Assembly (NCBI RefSeq): GCF_004010195.1
Contig: NC_057718.1
Coordinates: 78,002,904-78,066,903, forward strand
Origin: Chiloscyllium plagiosum
Lineage: Eukaryota
Length of the DNA: 64,000 nt
Direction of reading: 5' to 3'
The notes beneath the pieces were generated by a model. That model made no database searches, was not told the DNA's origin, and worked only from the letters and a program-made list of their open reading frames with translations. Below are positions 37,296 to 51,165 of the stretch, in pieces; position 1 is the stretch's first letter, and each line of letters opens with the position of its first letter. The position numbers were made by a program, and so were the translations under genes.

Positions 37296-40200
37296 GTATG
37301 AAAATTAAAACACTAGATGTTTTATCCATGTCTTGTCAACACACTCAGCCTCTCACTAAAGGCAAATGCTGAATTGGTCTATTTTGTGACTTTCTCCACT
37401 GCGCCATCACTCCAGTCCTTCCCAGAAAGTTAATCAAATAGCCATACTTTTCTGTTCTGTTTTCTAACTTCTCCAGTACAGTCCATGCAATCCTTGAATG
37501 TAGTGTTTATATTGGAAACAGCAAATAATTTGACTGTTAATAGATTTTAAGGTTGAAAGTCTTCAATAGAAGTTCACTTTTCTCATGAGCTATGAGCAGT
37601 ACAGTCGGTTCTGATGTAGCAAAATAGTTCCATTCTCCTGTAATCTCTAAGAAAATCGGGCAATAGCCACGTCATTTAAACTAATGAGGTCTGAATCACA
37701 TTATAGCCAATGCAGTCAAGGAAAGTTTGCATACTACAAATAACGGTATGAATTCTTCAATGACGTTAAAACCAATTTGCGTTGAAGAAACATGCATTAT
37801 AATAGAACCAACTGTATTGTGGTACGTTTCCAAATAGTCCATCAGGACTACTAATTGATTTTGTATATTATTCTCCTTGTCAGAAAATAAGGAAGACATT
37901 ATCAAAATGCATGTAGATACTGGGTACTAGTGGTAACTGTGTTTTAGAAATACAACCAAACAATTTTGAAAGTAGTCCTGAAATAATCTGCGCAAGTATT
38001 TGGTCAACTGTCTTTTTTTTTTAAGTAGATCTGATACTTCCACTACTGAGAAATTTCCTTGCACATTTACCCTAATCTGACATTGCTCTGTTTTGACTTA
38101 GGCCGTGCAACTAAATGGCAATATGGTGTTTCGTGTTATGCTCATATTAGCCAAAGGAAAAAAAATCTTGGTGCTTGCTCATTGGTTGCGATTGATGCTG
38201 TCAGATTCCATGGCTTATCATCTTTGCAATTGCAAATGAAGTATCCCTGGCGATGGAATTTTAATCAATTATTTTGAGAGAGTTTGCTTCATTTGATAAA
38301 GTAATTTTTAGGAATTATCTTGTAACTTTTAATTTTTTGCATTTTAAAACTAAAATACTATAAGATGTACTGAATATTTTAAAAAGGCAAATCGTTTAAA
38401 GGCTAGTGAGTTTTAATTACTGATGAAGATGTGAACTCCTTTGGAGAATGCAGCTAGAGCCTGGGCTATAGCCACAGGGCGGGAGGAGAGAGATTAGCAT
38501 CTAAATTAAAAACCTAGAAAATTCTTAGATGCTTTGTGTTCCACCTAACATGTTTTTGAATGACTGACTGTTCTGATTAAAATTTGGCAACGTGAAGCCC
38601 TTAAGATATTTCCTTAATTTCTAGAATTTATCCTGCCATGTTGTACAGCAGGATATTTAGAAGTCTCAAGGAATAGTTACGGATTTGGTTGTATTCAAAT
38701 ACATAGAAAAGTGCTTTCTTCCACTTTTGTTACAAGGTGTTAAAAAAAATTAACACTAATCCAGCTCATTTATCACACAGGTATCATTTCCTGTATCCTA
38801 AATTAAACCTTGTACAAAGTGCTTCAGTTTGAGAAATTGTAAATTGGGAGCATCAAAAAACCTTAAATCATCTTTGGGAATTGGTCACTTGCAAAAGAGT
38901 AATTTCCACAGTTTGTAACCTTCCCAAAGTATTTGCTTTCATTTTAGACCACTTAAGACACTATTACAATTGTACACATTACTATAAGGATTACAGTTCC
39001 TATAATAAGCTTTGAACATTAACTAGGCTCTCTGTACAACTGCTCAAGGAATAACTGCATTTATAAAATTCATCTCGAAGAAAGGGCCAGTAGGAATATA
39101 GATTTTTAAAGTGCAAAGAAGCCTTTCAGAGCCAATAATTGGGATTTTTTTTTCAAAACCTCAGGATTATGGATGTATTTGAAAGATTTATCCACCTAAT
39201 CACTTGAATGTATACTGACCTTGAAGAAAGATTGAGAAAAACAAAGTTCTTTACTTTGGGAAAGAGGAAGACTTCACAGTGGTCTGATGGAATGTTTCAA
39301 GGATGTTGTTATTTGAAAATATTTATAGTTTTAATCAAAAGTATTGTTTCATCAACTGATACAATTCAATTAGAAAGGAAAACATTAAACAACTGGGCAG
39401 TGAAGAAACAGAATAATTCAATTTTTTTCCACCTAAAAGGAAATTATTTCTTTATCAGTGAAAGTGTTTGAATCAAAACACCATAAAAATTTGCAGCAGG
39501 ACAGTAAAGTCATTTATCTCCATGGTAGTGCCAATTTGTCTAAGATCTGTACAGCCTAATACCACTTTCCATTAGGTTAGGCTCTTCGAGTACATGTCCA
39601 TGTGGTTTCTAAATGTGATAATTTCTGCCTTGCCCACCTGAAGGACAGAGTTCCAGACCCTAATGTTATTTGGATGAATTCATTTCTTAATATCCCTCTA
39701 CCAATTATGTTAATTTATGCCCTTTACTGTTGATCTCTCTGCTAAGAGCAATAGGTCTAACCCATCCACTCTGGTCCCAGACAATTTTATTGCAATTTAA
39801 AGCTCTTTTCAACCTCCTTTGTTGAATGTTTCAAATAAAACAATATCAGCCTATCTAAACATTCCTCATAAGTAAAGATTTTCTGTCATGGCAACATCTA
39901 TATATACCTATGTCATCCTTTCTGCAGTGTGATAGCTGTTGTATTCTACTTGTATCATAACTGGTGTTTATACAGTTCAAGCATACCCTACTACTTTTCT
40001 TTGTCTCACCTATTAAAAGCAAGTATCCCGTATGCCTTCACAACTACATCTACTTGTCTGACAACCTCTGGAACTTTGAAACATATGCTCCAGGGTCATT
40101 GTGGTGCTGCGCACTTTTGTGTCCTCCTATTTATCATGCATCCCTTTCCCTCTTTTTCGAATTCTCCAAAATCATTCACTTACTGATTTCCTGCCCAACT

Positions 40201-40607
40201 TTATAGGTTTGTAGGTCTGCAACTTTCTTCCTTATAATTGGCCTCAAGGCTTGTTTTTGTACTAAATGTACTTTGTTTAAATGTAGATTCAAATTTAAGT
40301 CTAAATCACTGACATACCATTGAAAAGCAAGGGACCTGGTCTTTGGGAATGAAATGAACAATTTAGTTTGTTTAGAACAGAGTGGAGGCAATCTGTACTG
40401 GGGTGATTCTTCTGTCATACTGGCTTACTCTTGTTAGTCTCTGCAAAAATACAATTAATTTTGAGGATGACCAAAATATCCTTTTATTTTTTGAATGTCT
40501 TCAAAGTTTCTGTGAATATGAGACATTACATTGATTTCATACTTCTCATGTTAAGCCTTCTTTAGTTGAAGTTATAAAATGTAAAATTATTGAATTCTGT
40601 GTTACAG

Positions 40608-40702
40608 ATACTTGGTACACTGTCTTCAATCAGATCTGAACAATTATATACCAGCATTTCTTGAAGACCCAGAGGAAGCAAGTCCACAAAGACCCAAAAT
40701 AG
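40608..40702 (+). CDS. AFDN: Afadin exon (DIL), 95 nt, phase 2-1
   Basis: cag|YLVHCLQSDLNNYIPAFLEDPEEASPQRPKI|gtctgc. Confidence 0.94.
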
Positions 40703-40974
40703 GTCTGCAAGCTGAACTTAATGTGTATTGAAAATGTTGTTTTAAAAGTGATAATGTCTCAATCATTTAGTTTTTCTTTAGAATCAAGCATATTTTGTTT
40801 TGCATATTCATAAAATTGTAAAAGCTGCTTCTCGTCTCTAGTGAGCCACTTGCATTCTAGATTTACTTTTCATCGAACTATATGGTTATGAATTTACTCC
40901 AGTGTTAGTTCTTTGTTTTATAATTTAATAATAGTGTCTGTTTTCCTTCTCCCAAAAATAAGACTCTGTGATTT

Positions 40975-41560
40975 TTGAGAAGATTTATAGCTCAAGTTGA
41001 GATTCAGAATGTAAGTTTGCTCACTGAGCTAGGAGGTTTGTTCTCACATGTTTCATCACCATGCTAGGTAACATAATCAATGAGCCTCTGTTGAAGAGCT
41101 GATCTTCTGTCCCACTTTCTATTTGTGTCTTTGTCTGTTAAGTGGATGATATCATTTCCGGATGTTTTTCTCAGAGGTTGGTAAATGGGGTCCAAATCAG
41201 TGTTTATTGACAGAGTTCTGGAATCATCTCGAAATTTGTGTGCCTCCGTTTAGCCTGTCCTAGGGTGAATGTGTTGCCCCAGTCGAAGTTGTGTCCTTCA
41301 CCTGTACATAAGGATACTAATGATAGCTGGTCATATCTTTTGGTGGCTAGTTGGTGCTTGTGTATCCTGGTGGCTAGTTCTCTGCCTGCCTATCTGTCAG
41401 ATGTAGTGTTTATTGCAGTCTTTGCAGGGCTTTTTGTATATGACATTTGATTTGTTGGTACTGGATGCTTTAGGTTCATCAGTAGCTGTTTGTGTGTTGG
41501 TAGGTTTATGGGCTACCATGAGGTCGGAGTAGTCTCTTAGTCATATCCGAGATGTTTTTG
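40975..41560 (-). mobile_element. Penelope-like 3' fragment, same family as 27244-28398 and 43640-45810
   Basis: Reverse-complement similarity over the GIY-YIG region and 3' repeat. Confidence 0.8.
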
Positions 41561-43639
41561 AGTATGTATAAATTTTGAATTTGGTCTGTTAAAAACAAGA
41601 ACTCAATCCAGGACAAGAGATTGGGTTTTTTGAGAAATCTTAGTAGAAGAGAAGATGAGGTATTCTATTTTTGACCAATTTGGAATTACTACAGGATGGA
41701 GTTAATAGAGTCGGGTCTCGAGTTGGTGAAACAAATTTGGGAACATTGCACCACCCTGATGTTATTTATCACAATTAAAAGTTGTTACTGATTTCTGGTT
41801 GGCGAGTTGATCTGATTCTGTTTCAGCAACTAGCCAATATAGACAGTGGGGTCGGTGGCAAGCGTGCAGAATTTTTTAGTTGAGACTTCTGATTATCTAG
41901 ATAAAGTTCGAGATCATTCATGACCAACAGTAAGACAAGATTGAAGATGTGGTTCAGCACTCCAGAGCTGGTGTAATTTCCCTACCAAATGTTCATTTCA
42001 GGTGTCTCTGTCTCCCAGGTGAAGTATTCCACCTGATCCAAATCTGGATATGAGACTATGTTGACCAGAGGTTGGAGGACAGCAAATTATCACTAAATAA
42101 GCTGCTTTACTTGAAATAATGGGAAACAAAAAAAAAGTCTCATTTATTTTGCAGCTTGTGAGACATCCCTGCCTTTTCAGACAAATAGCTTCAAGTCAGA
42201 GCTAATTTTGAATAATAAAGCAAAACACTGCAGGTACTGGATAACTGAAGTAAAAAATAGAAAATACTTGGCAAATTGGGCAGTATTTGTGAAGGGAAAG
42301 AAAACGGGCTTGATGACTATTCATGAAAACTAAGAGACAATTAAATAGACCTTGCATAATCTCTGAGGGGATAATTTGACTTGAAATGTTATCTGTTTCT
42401 CTCCTTGTACATACTGTCTGACCAAATGAATTTTCCAACATTTTCAGCTTTTGTTTCTGATTTTGAGTAAGTAGCTTCTAAGTACTACCAATATTTTTGA
42501 CTGTCTCTGTCTAGATGTTTTATGAACCATTTACATCAAAGTTTCTTTTTGGAAAATTATTTCTGTTTCTATAAATGGACTTATATTAATACTTGGCATA
42601 CACTGGCATTTTCAAATATTTACCTGAATACCTTTAGGTATTCTGTTTGGCAAGTGTTGTGCAAGAGTTTCCAATCTTTGCTTCCCTCAACTGAAAAACT
42701 AATCTTGTGTAGTAATTAAATGGTGGTTTCTTCTTTTTTTTTAGAAAAAATATTTAATAAGAATCGTTCCTTCACAAGACTCCAGATATTTTTCTACAGG
42801 ACTAAAATATCAGTTAATGGGAAGCCAGCTAATTTTACTTATTGGTGTCTTCAATTTTTCTGTTTTAGGAAATTTCTCTTAGCTGCAAAGTATGCATTCG
42901 TGTAAAGTTGTGAAATTTACCTTTTCTTATACTACTTCTCACTACCATATTATTAGTAATTTGTAAGTTTGCTTTGTGTCAAAATAGCACCATCTTCTGC
43001 AGTCTTATCTCCCTTGTTTCATTTTAATTTTGAAATGGTTTAAACAGAAGGGGATTGCAGTAAAAATGTCATTGGGACTTGGATTGCTTTTCAAGTGAAC
43101 CAATATAGGCCTGATGGACTAAACTATCCTGTAGGATTTAGTTTTGTGTTGTTGCTGATTATAACTCAGGAATATGGCTTTGTAGGTAAGGAAGAATGCA
43201 TGATTTGCTCCAACAGAAAAATAAATAATTCCATTTATCTGCACCAGAATTGTAGGACCATTCCACCTCCTGCTGGTCACACTTTGAAATTTTCTTTTGA
43301 GGTCAGACATTTATGAAATGAATTGTCTGATACCAATGGATACAAATTAGGAATGGGAGATTTCACCCTTTAGTAGTATCTAATCTATCATCACTCTCAG
43401 GTAGAAAGTATGTCCACTCTTCGATTGACAGTGATGGGCCATGTGAACTCTTCTAAAACAAAGAAATTGGTGCATTTATCATGAGCATCCTTGGTAAACA
43501 CAACCGGAATCAGAAAGGGCCAGCAAAGAACCCAGACAAGATGTTATCTCTGTTGCATTCTGTGATCAGAACACCAAATTTATGTTAAGGTCTGGCTAGC
43601 GACCTATAACTTTTTTTTTTAAAAAGTAGACAAAGCGTC

Positions 43640-45810
43640 TTACTAAGACGAAAATACAACCAGGAAATTTTGCACCAAAAATCTTGACCGACTAATGCAA
43701 CAGACCATGAATGGACAGACACAGTTCACCAAGTCATAGATATTAGACCGCGACAAACACAGAAAATGAAAAAAAATTGACCTGCAAAAAGCACTAGACA
43801 AACATACACTGACAACACTGAGCATGGATAAAAAATGTATCTGACCCACCCTTAATAGGCACTGAAAAAGCCATCTTAGTAAGAGGATTAAATTACAACT
43901 TCCAGGATGTGGACAAAAAAGATTTCCAAGCACCATTAGAAGCAACACTGAAAGACAACCAGCTCTCAGAAGAAACTCGGCAAACCATCAGGCAGGCAGT
44001 CGCACCAATATTAAGCGGGGAAAAAAAGGAAACACACTCAATACACAAGAAAGCAAAGCACTAAAAAGACTAAAAAATATTATCCTACCCACAGACCAAG
44101 GATGCTTGACAGTCCTCTTAAATCCAAAAGACTACATTGAGAAAGCATATGCACTACTTGCAGATACCAAAACTTACCAACAAGTGGCGATAGACCCAAC
44201 CCCACAACTAGAAAACCGAATCATAGCCCTACTGGAGAAACTTCAGAAATCTGGAGAAATAAATAAGACCAACTTCCAAAAAATGAAACCAGACAGATCC
44301 AAAGCACCACGCTTCTATGGATTACCCAAAATTCACAAACCAGGAGCCCCCCTCAGATCCATAGTTCTCGCTACCTGGAACACCAGCATACAGATTGGCC
44401 AAGGAGCTACACCAAAGACTAAAATACTTAGTAGAAGACTCACGCCACTCCATCCACTCCACCCAAGAATTCCTGAAGACCATCAAAGACACCAAGATGG
44501 AAGAGGATAAAACCATAGTCTCCTTTGACGTAACAGCCAAGGAAACATTGACTACATTATTAGAAGAACCAAAGACATAGACCAAACACCTTCATCAGCA
44601 AGTATCGTCAAGCTTGTGGACCTATGCCTTACCACCCACTTCACACCATCAACAACAAAACCTACAGACAAACTAATAGAACACCCAGCTCTGCCAACCA
44701 TCCAACCCAAACTTTGGGTCTGCTACGTGGATGACACCTTTGTCATTACTAAACAAAACAAATCAGAGGCAACCTTCAAGACCATCAATAATACCCTTAC
44801 TGCCATAAAATTTACTAAATAGGAGGAAACAACAACAAACTGCCAATTCCTAGATGTCGCAGTAGAATGAACAGCAAATGGGGAACTTCAAACCAGTGTC
44901 AACAGGAAAACAACACATACGGACCAAATATAGAACTACAGAAGCAACCATCCCAACATCCTCCATCGAAGCTGCATTGGAACGTTATTTCAACGAGCCG
45001 TCGCACACTGCAGCGCAGAGGAATATCACCTATATAGTGTACTCCAAAAGAACAGGTACCCAATGAACACAGTCCACTGATTTCTCAGCAATAAACCCAA
45101 ACAAACAGACAAAAAACATCTAGATACCCTAGCCACTCTCCCCTACATCAAAGAATCTCTGAAATGACTGCCAGATTACTCAGACCCCTTGGCATCATAG
45201 CTCACAAACCCACCAATACACTAAAACAGCAGATAATGAACTTGAAAGACCATGTACAGACAACAAGCAAAACTAATGCCATCTACAGAATACCTTGCAA
45301 GAACTGTAACAAACGCTACATTGGACAAACAGGCAGAAAACTATCCACCAGGATACGTGAACATTAACTAGCCACAAGATGACATGACCCTCTCTCACTA
45401 GTATCCTTAATACAGATAAGGAAGGGCACCACTTCGACTGGGACAATATATCCATCGTAGGACAAGCCAAACAGAGACATGCACGAGAATTCCTAGAAGC
45501 ATGGCATTCTAACTGGAATTCTATCAACAAACACATTGACTTGGATCCCTTCTACCACCCTCTGGGGGGGAAAAAGAACAGGAAATGACATCGCCGTAGG
45601 AAATGTCACCATATGAAATGACATCATCAACCCAAGGAAACTTAAACATGTAAATGGAAAGCGGGCTACAGCTTGGGGGCAAGCTTCATTTGGAGACTCA
45701 CTGAAGATGTTACCTACTTTGACGAAATGTCTGAAAATGAACCTTCCAGCTCAGCGAGCAAACTTACATCCAGGACCTCAACCTGAGCTACAGATCTTCT
45801 CAAAACTCGT
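43640..45810 (+). mobile_element. Penelope-like element, long degenerate copy (RT + GIY-YIG + 3' repeat)
   Basis: PRFYGLPKIHKPGAPLRSIV, IVSFDVT, LWVCYVDDTF, NAIYRIPCKNCNKRYIGQTGRKL; hammerhead-like CTGAAGA at 45701 with GAAAT-GTC-TGA. Confidence 0.92.
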
Positions 45811-46894
45811 TTTACTAAGAGCATAAAGCCCCAAGATTCTGCAATTTAATAAACAATTTTTTACTATACTACATTAGAACAGTAGCACACTACTGCACAT
45901 GTTTACCGCCACAAATTGTTTCCAACACCCAATGTAGTAAATATGAGCAATGGACTAATTGCCACTCCATGGCAGACATCATAGCACCTGCTATCAAGAC
46001 AGATTCCAGCAGAGTTTGCAGCAGCAGCCTGGATGTTAATGATACAGGTTATTAAATCTCATTAAAATTTATATGTATTTGCAATTTTACTGATCGGGCC
46101 TTCACTACCCCTCAAACTGCTGACAGGGATTGCCTCATGATTGCTTGTACTCTGTTTGATCATCCTCTTTTTTTTCCCCGGGGCTAAACTCTTAGATGAA
46201 AAAATTGTACTTCAGTATTCATTCATATGTAACTACAGCTCTTCATCAACAGCTAACTTCAAGCTAAAACTGCTGCTAGGTGTTTTTTTTTAACATTCCC
46301 ATCTATTCCCAATTAAACTTTGATTACCCTGTCTAACAAGAATCTATCCACCTGTCCTAAAGCTATTGAATGACTATTTGCCTTCTGAGGCAGAAAGCTC
46401 TAAAGTATCTTAACTATCTAAAAATTTCTCCTCACCTCTGCAGTTGGCACAATGCAAATTTTAGTGGTTTTTGTGGTAACGTGCAAAGGTAGAGGAAAAA
46501 CACAAACTTTATATAATATATGTTAAACAACAATATTCTGTATGCTTAGTCAGCGTTAGAATCTTTTTATTATGGAGGTTTGTTTAAGGTCAAACGATCT
46601 GAAGAAAAGACGTAAGACTTTGCATGTGTCTCTAATGCCAGTCAAATATGTTTTGCTTCAAGAAATTAGAGAATTGAGTAAAAATAAATTATTTCAAATT
46701 TTCTGTACCAGTTAAGCATGGTCCCTTCATTTTGTTGCAAATTGTATTCGTGCTTCTTTGAACTGAAGCAAACTTTATAACACAGCACAGATATCCAAAT
46801 GTCAAATTTTAAGATGAGAACATTTGATGTAAAATTGGATATGCACTTGTTTTTTAGAGAATTTGCTAGATATGTTTATTATTCTATTTTCCAG

Positions 46895-47160
46895 ATGATG
46901 TCTTGCACACATTGACAGGAGCAATGTCTTTGTTGCGTCGTTGCCGTGTGAATGCTGCTCTCACCATCCAACTGTTCTCTCAGCTTTTTCATTTTATTAA
47001 CATGTGGCTATTCAATAAACTGGTCACGGAGCCAGACTCTTGTCTTTGTTCTCATTACTGGGGAGCTATCATCCGACAGCAACTTGGTCACATTGAAGCC
47101 TGGGCTGAGAAACAGGGCTTGGAATTGGCTGCAGACTGTCATCTTAGCAGAATAGTACAG
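46895..47160 (+). CDS. AFDN: Afadin exon (DIL core), 266 nt, phase 1-0
   Basis: cag|(D)DVLHTLTGAMSLLRRCRVNAALTIQLFSQLFHFINMWLFN...AADCHLSRIVQ|gttagt. Confidence 0.97.
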
Positions 47161-47427
47161 GTTAGTTAATGGAATGAAGCCTGACAATACATACAGTCTC
47201 AATTTTATGCTGATTCCATCCTAATCTTAGATCAATTAGTTATTGTTTTACATGGATGTCACAAAATATGAACATCTTGAACTGACTTAACAATCTGCAT
47301 CAGCAAAGGATTTAATGTTTTTATTCTAATAATATTTTGGGAACAATTGAATTGTTGGGGGCAAGCGAAAGGATGGATAATTAAGAATGCACTGTAAAAT
47401 TGACCAATTCTTGGAATTTAGCTTTTA

Positions 47428-47570
47428 GACATCAAGTCAAACTCATTTTGAGAATAGATTTATAATTCTAAATTTTTTCATGTTCATGTGGAGTTGAACC
47501 ACTGGTTCATACTCTGATATAGCCTGCAATTGTCCATAAATCTTTTAAGAAATGAGTTTGACTTGATGTC
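47428..47570. repeat. 21-bp perfect inverted repeat with 101-nt spacer
   Basis: GACATCAAGTCAAACTCATTT (47428-47448) and AAATGAGTTTGACTTGATGTC (47550-47570). Confidence 0.85.
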
Positions 47571-48919
47571 AGGTTGCACTTAAAGGTAATGGAACATCCA
47601 AATTAGGTTTGCAATGAAAGTATGTCTTTTACAAAGCATGTTAAATACAGTTGTGCGATAAGTACAGATTGTTGCATGAAACTAGGACTTGGCAGTGATG
47701 GAAACATGAATTAGAACAAATTAAGATCAAATATTCCTAAATCAAGTTGTTCAAGAAATATTGTGAAGGAAAAAGTCAACAGGAAAGGTAACTTTACTGA
47801 ATTGTATTCAGGAAAAATTACCTTGCTTAGTATATTTCCAGCCATCCATGGAAGGAGGCATTGCTGCATCCAATCTTGGAGTATGAAATGGGTTAAGTGA
47901 GAACTTTTAGGCAGTGATGATCAGTGTTGGAAGATGTATGTTAACTGTGGAAAGGTGAAGACCAACGCAGAGTAAAAATACTTAATTGAAGGAGAACCAA
48001 TTTCAGTGGAGTGAGTTAATCTAACCAGGGTAAATGGGAATTTTAAAATAAGTTCAAGTAAAATTGTAATGAAACAAAAGGCTGCCTTTTAAAGGTGAGA
48101 GTTTAGGGTGTAGTCGGTGTGTATTCCCCTCATGTTAGGGCAACCAAAGTCAGTTTCCTAGATGACACTGGAAAAAAGACAACAGAGCGTACTTGAAGGT
48201 TCAAATCGATCCAAATGAGACAGCCAGGCTGCCTAAGAAAAGTTCAGAGAGGTAGTAAGAAAGGAAATGACTGAAAAGTTCATAGGGGTACTAAGACAGG
48301 AAGAGGAAACAAATATTGCTGCCAAATTAAGAAACCCATTTGTCTTGCAAAGATACGTACATAGTTGAAAGGTAGTATGTTGTAGACTGGGAACTAAAAT
48401 GGGGATTTAGAGTTTGAGGATGCAGCTGAAATACCAAATGAATAATTTGCAAGTGTTTTACCAAGGAAGATGGTACTGGGGAAAATTGATAGAGGATTAG
48501 AGGGCTGATTTGAACTTGAAGCTAATTCACTAGGACTGGGTGGAGTGCTCTGAGAATGCTGGAGAAAGTAAGAATTTTAAGAGGCCATGATCTTTCAACG
48601 TGGAAATATGGCGGTGATGTGGGAGATTAGTGGGGCTGGCACTAGAGGATTGGACAATTGTAGTTGTTATGGATTTGTAAAAGAAAGGACATAAAGCAGT
48701 ACAGCCCAATAAACTTGATCTCAGTGGTCGGAAATGTTTAGCAATAATGCTAGAGGACAAAATTATCAGTGACTTGAACTTATTGTGGGTTAATTAAGGA
48801 AAATTAGCATAAATTTGTTAAAGTCAAATTGTGTTAAATCACAGTAACAAGCAAAGATGCTGGCAATAGATTTGACTGCATCTGTGGAGAAAGACGGTGA
48901 ACTATAGGTCCCCAAACCA

Positions 48920-50620
48920 TTTTTGAGAAAAAGAAGCACAGAAAGGACAAAAGAGTAACAAGGGAGAGAATATGGTCCCTTAAAGAGATCAGCAATGCTG
49001 CCTATTAGTGGAGATGGAGATACTAAACGAGTGTTTACTGTGGAGAAGGATATAGAAGATAGAGAACGTGGGGAAATAAATAGTAGCATCCTGAAAAATC
49101 TCCATATTATGGAGGAGAAGGTGTCGGATGGCTTAAAATGCATAGAAGATGATAAATCCCAGCACCTGATCAGATGTATCTCAGAATTCTGTGGGAAGAT
49201 AGGGGAGTGATTCCTGGGTCCCTGAGATATTTGTATCATCAGTACCTGCAAGTGAAGTGCCAGAAGACTGGAGGTTGACTAATGTGGTGCCACTATTTGA
49301 GAAGGGTGGTAAGTAAAAGCTAGGGAACTAGACACCAGTGAGCCTCACATTGGTGATGGGCAAGTTGTTGGAGGGAATCCAGAGTGACAGGATTTATATG
49401 TATTTAGAAAGGCCAGGACTGATTAGGAATAGTCAACATGGCTTTATACATTGGAAATCGTATCTCACTAACTTGGAGGTTTTTTTTTTGAAGTAACAAA
49501 GAGGATTGATGAGGATAGAGCAATGGATGTGATCTGTATGGATTTCAAAAGGTGTTCGATAAAATTCCTTGTGGTAGACTGGTTAGCAAGGTTAGGTCAC
49601 GTGGAATACATGGAGAATTAGCCATTTCAATGCAGAACTGACTCGAAGGTAGAAGACAGGGTAGAGGTGGTGGGTTGTTTTTCAGGCTGGAGGCCTGTGA
49701 CCAGCAGTGTGCCACAGGATTGATGCTGGTTCACTGCTCTTTGTTTATATAAATGATTTGGATAGAGGTATGGTTAGTAAGTTTGCAGATGATACCAGAA
49801 TTGGAGGTGCAGTGGTCAGCGAAAAAGGTTATCTCAGAGTACAACAGTACTTTAATCAGATGGGCCAATGGGCCAAGGAGTGGCAGATGGAGTTTAATTT
49901 AGATAAATGTGAGGTGCTGCATTTTGGAAAAGCAAATCAGGGCAGGACTTATACACTTAATGGTAAGGTCCTGGGGAGTGTTGCTGTACAAAGAGACTTT
50001 GGAGTATGGGTTCATAGCACCTTGAAAGTGGCGTCGCAGATAGGCAAAGAAGGCATTTGGTATTCTTGCCTTTGGGATGTCATGATACATTTGTCCAGAA
50101 CACTGATTTACCAGCTTTGAGTATTGCATGCAATTCTGGTCTCCCTGCTGTAGGAAGAGTGTTGTGAAACTTGATTCAGAAAAGATTTACACTGACATCG
50201 TCAGGGTTGGAAGGTTTGAGCTATAGGGAGAGGCTGAATAGACTGGGGCGGTTTTCCCTAGAGTGTCGGAGGTTCATAAAACCATGGAAATAGATAGGGT
50301 GAATAACCAGGATCTTTTCCTTAGGATGGGGGAGTCCAAAACTAGAGGGCATAGGTTTGAGTTGAGAGGGGAAAGAGTTAAAAGGGACTTAAGGGGCAAC
50401 ATTTTCACGCAGAGGATGGTGCATGTATGGAATGAGCTGCCAGAGGAAGTGTGGAAACTAGTACAATTACAACATTTAATAGGTATCTGGATATAAATAG
50501 GAAGGGTTTAGAGGGATATGGACCAAATGCTGACAAATGGGACTAGATTAATTTTGGATATTTGGTCAGTAAGATGAGTTGGACTGAAGGCTCTATTTCC
50601 CTGCTGTCCAGCTCTGACAT
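48920..50620 (+). mobile_element. CR1 LINE ORF2 RT to 3' end, degenerate
   Basis: YINDLDRGMVSKFADDTRIGG...WQMEFNLDKCEVLHFG; RDLRGNIFTQRMVHVWNELPEE. Confidence 0.9.
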
Positions 50621-50869
50621 ATTGACAAATTACAGAGAAGTACAAAAGTAATAGAGAATTTCAACTTTCCCAACATTAGCTGGGAAAGATTTGTAGGGTG
50701 TGGAATTCTTAATGCATCCAGAAGAGCTTTTTAAACCAGTATGTAGAAGGCCATATGTACAAGAAAGGGGATGTTCCTGGATTTAATTTTAGGTATTGCA
50801 TCCAGGCAAGTGGTTGAAGTATCAGTGGTGCGCGTTCTTCAGACAAAGATGATAATTCCATAAGATTTG

Positions 50870-51165
50870 GTGGCTCGGTGGCACAGTGGTTAGTATTGCT
50901 GCCTCAGTGCCAGAGACCTGGGTTCAATTCCCGCCTCTGTGCAAACTCCACACAGACAGTTGCCTGTCTCCCCATGTCTGCGTGGGTTTCCGCCGGGTGC
51001 TCCGGTTTCCTCCCAAAGTGCAAGTTAGGTGAATTGGCCATGCTAAATTGCCCGTAGTGTTAGGTGAAGGGGTAAATGTAGGGGAATGGGTCGGGGTGGG
51101 TTGCTCTTTTGAGGGTCGGTATGAACTTGTTGGGCCAAAGGGGCTATTTCCACATTAAGTAATCT
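50870..51165 (+). mobile_element. HE1/V-SINE-like SINE with internal micro-inversion, nested in an older CR1 (about 50630-51920)
   Basis: A box TGGCACAGTGG, B box GGTTCAATTCC, V core. Confidence 0.85.
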
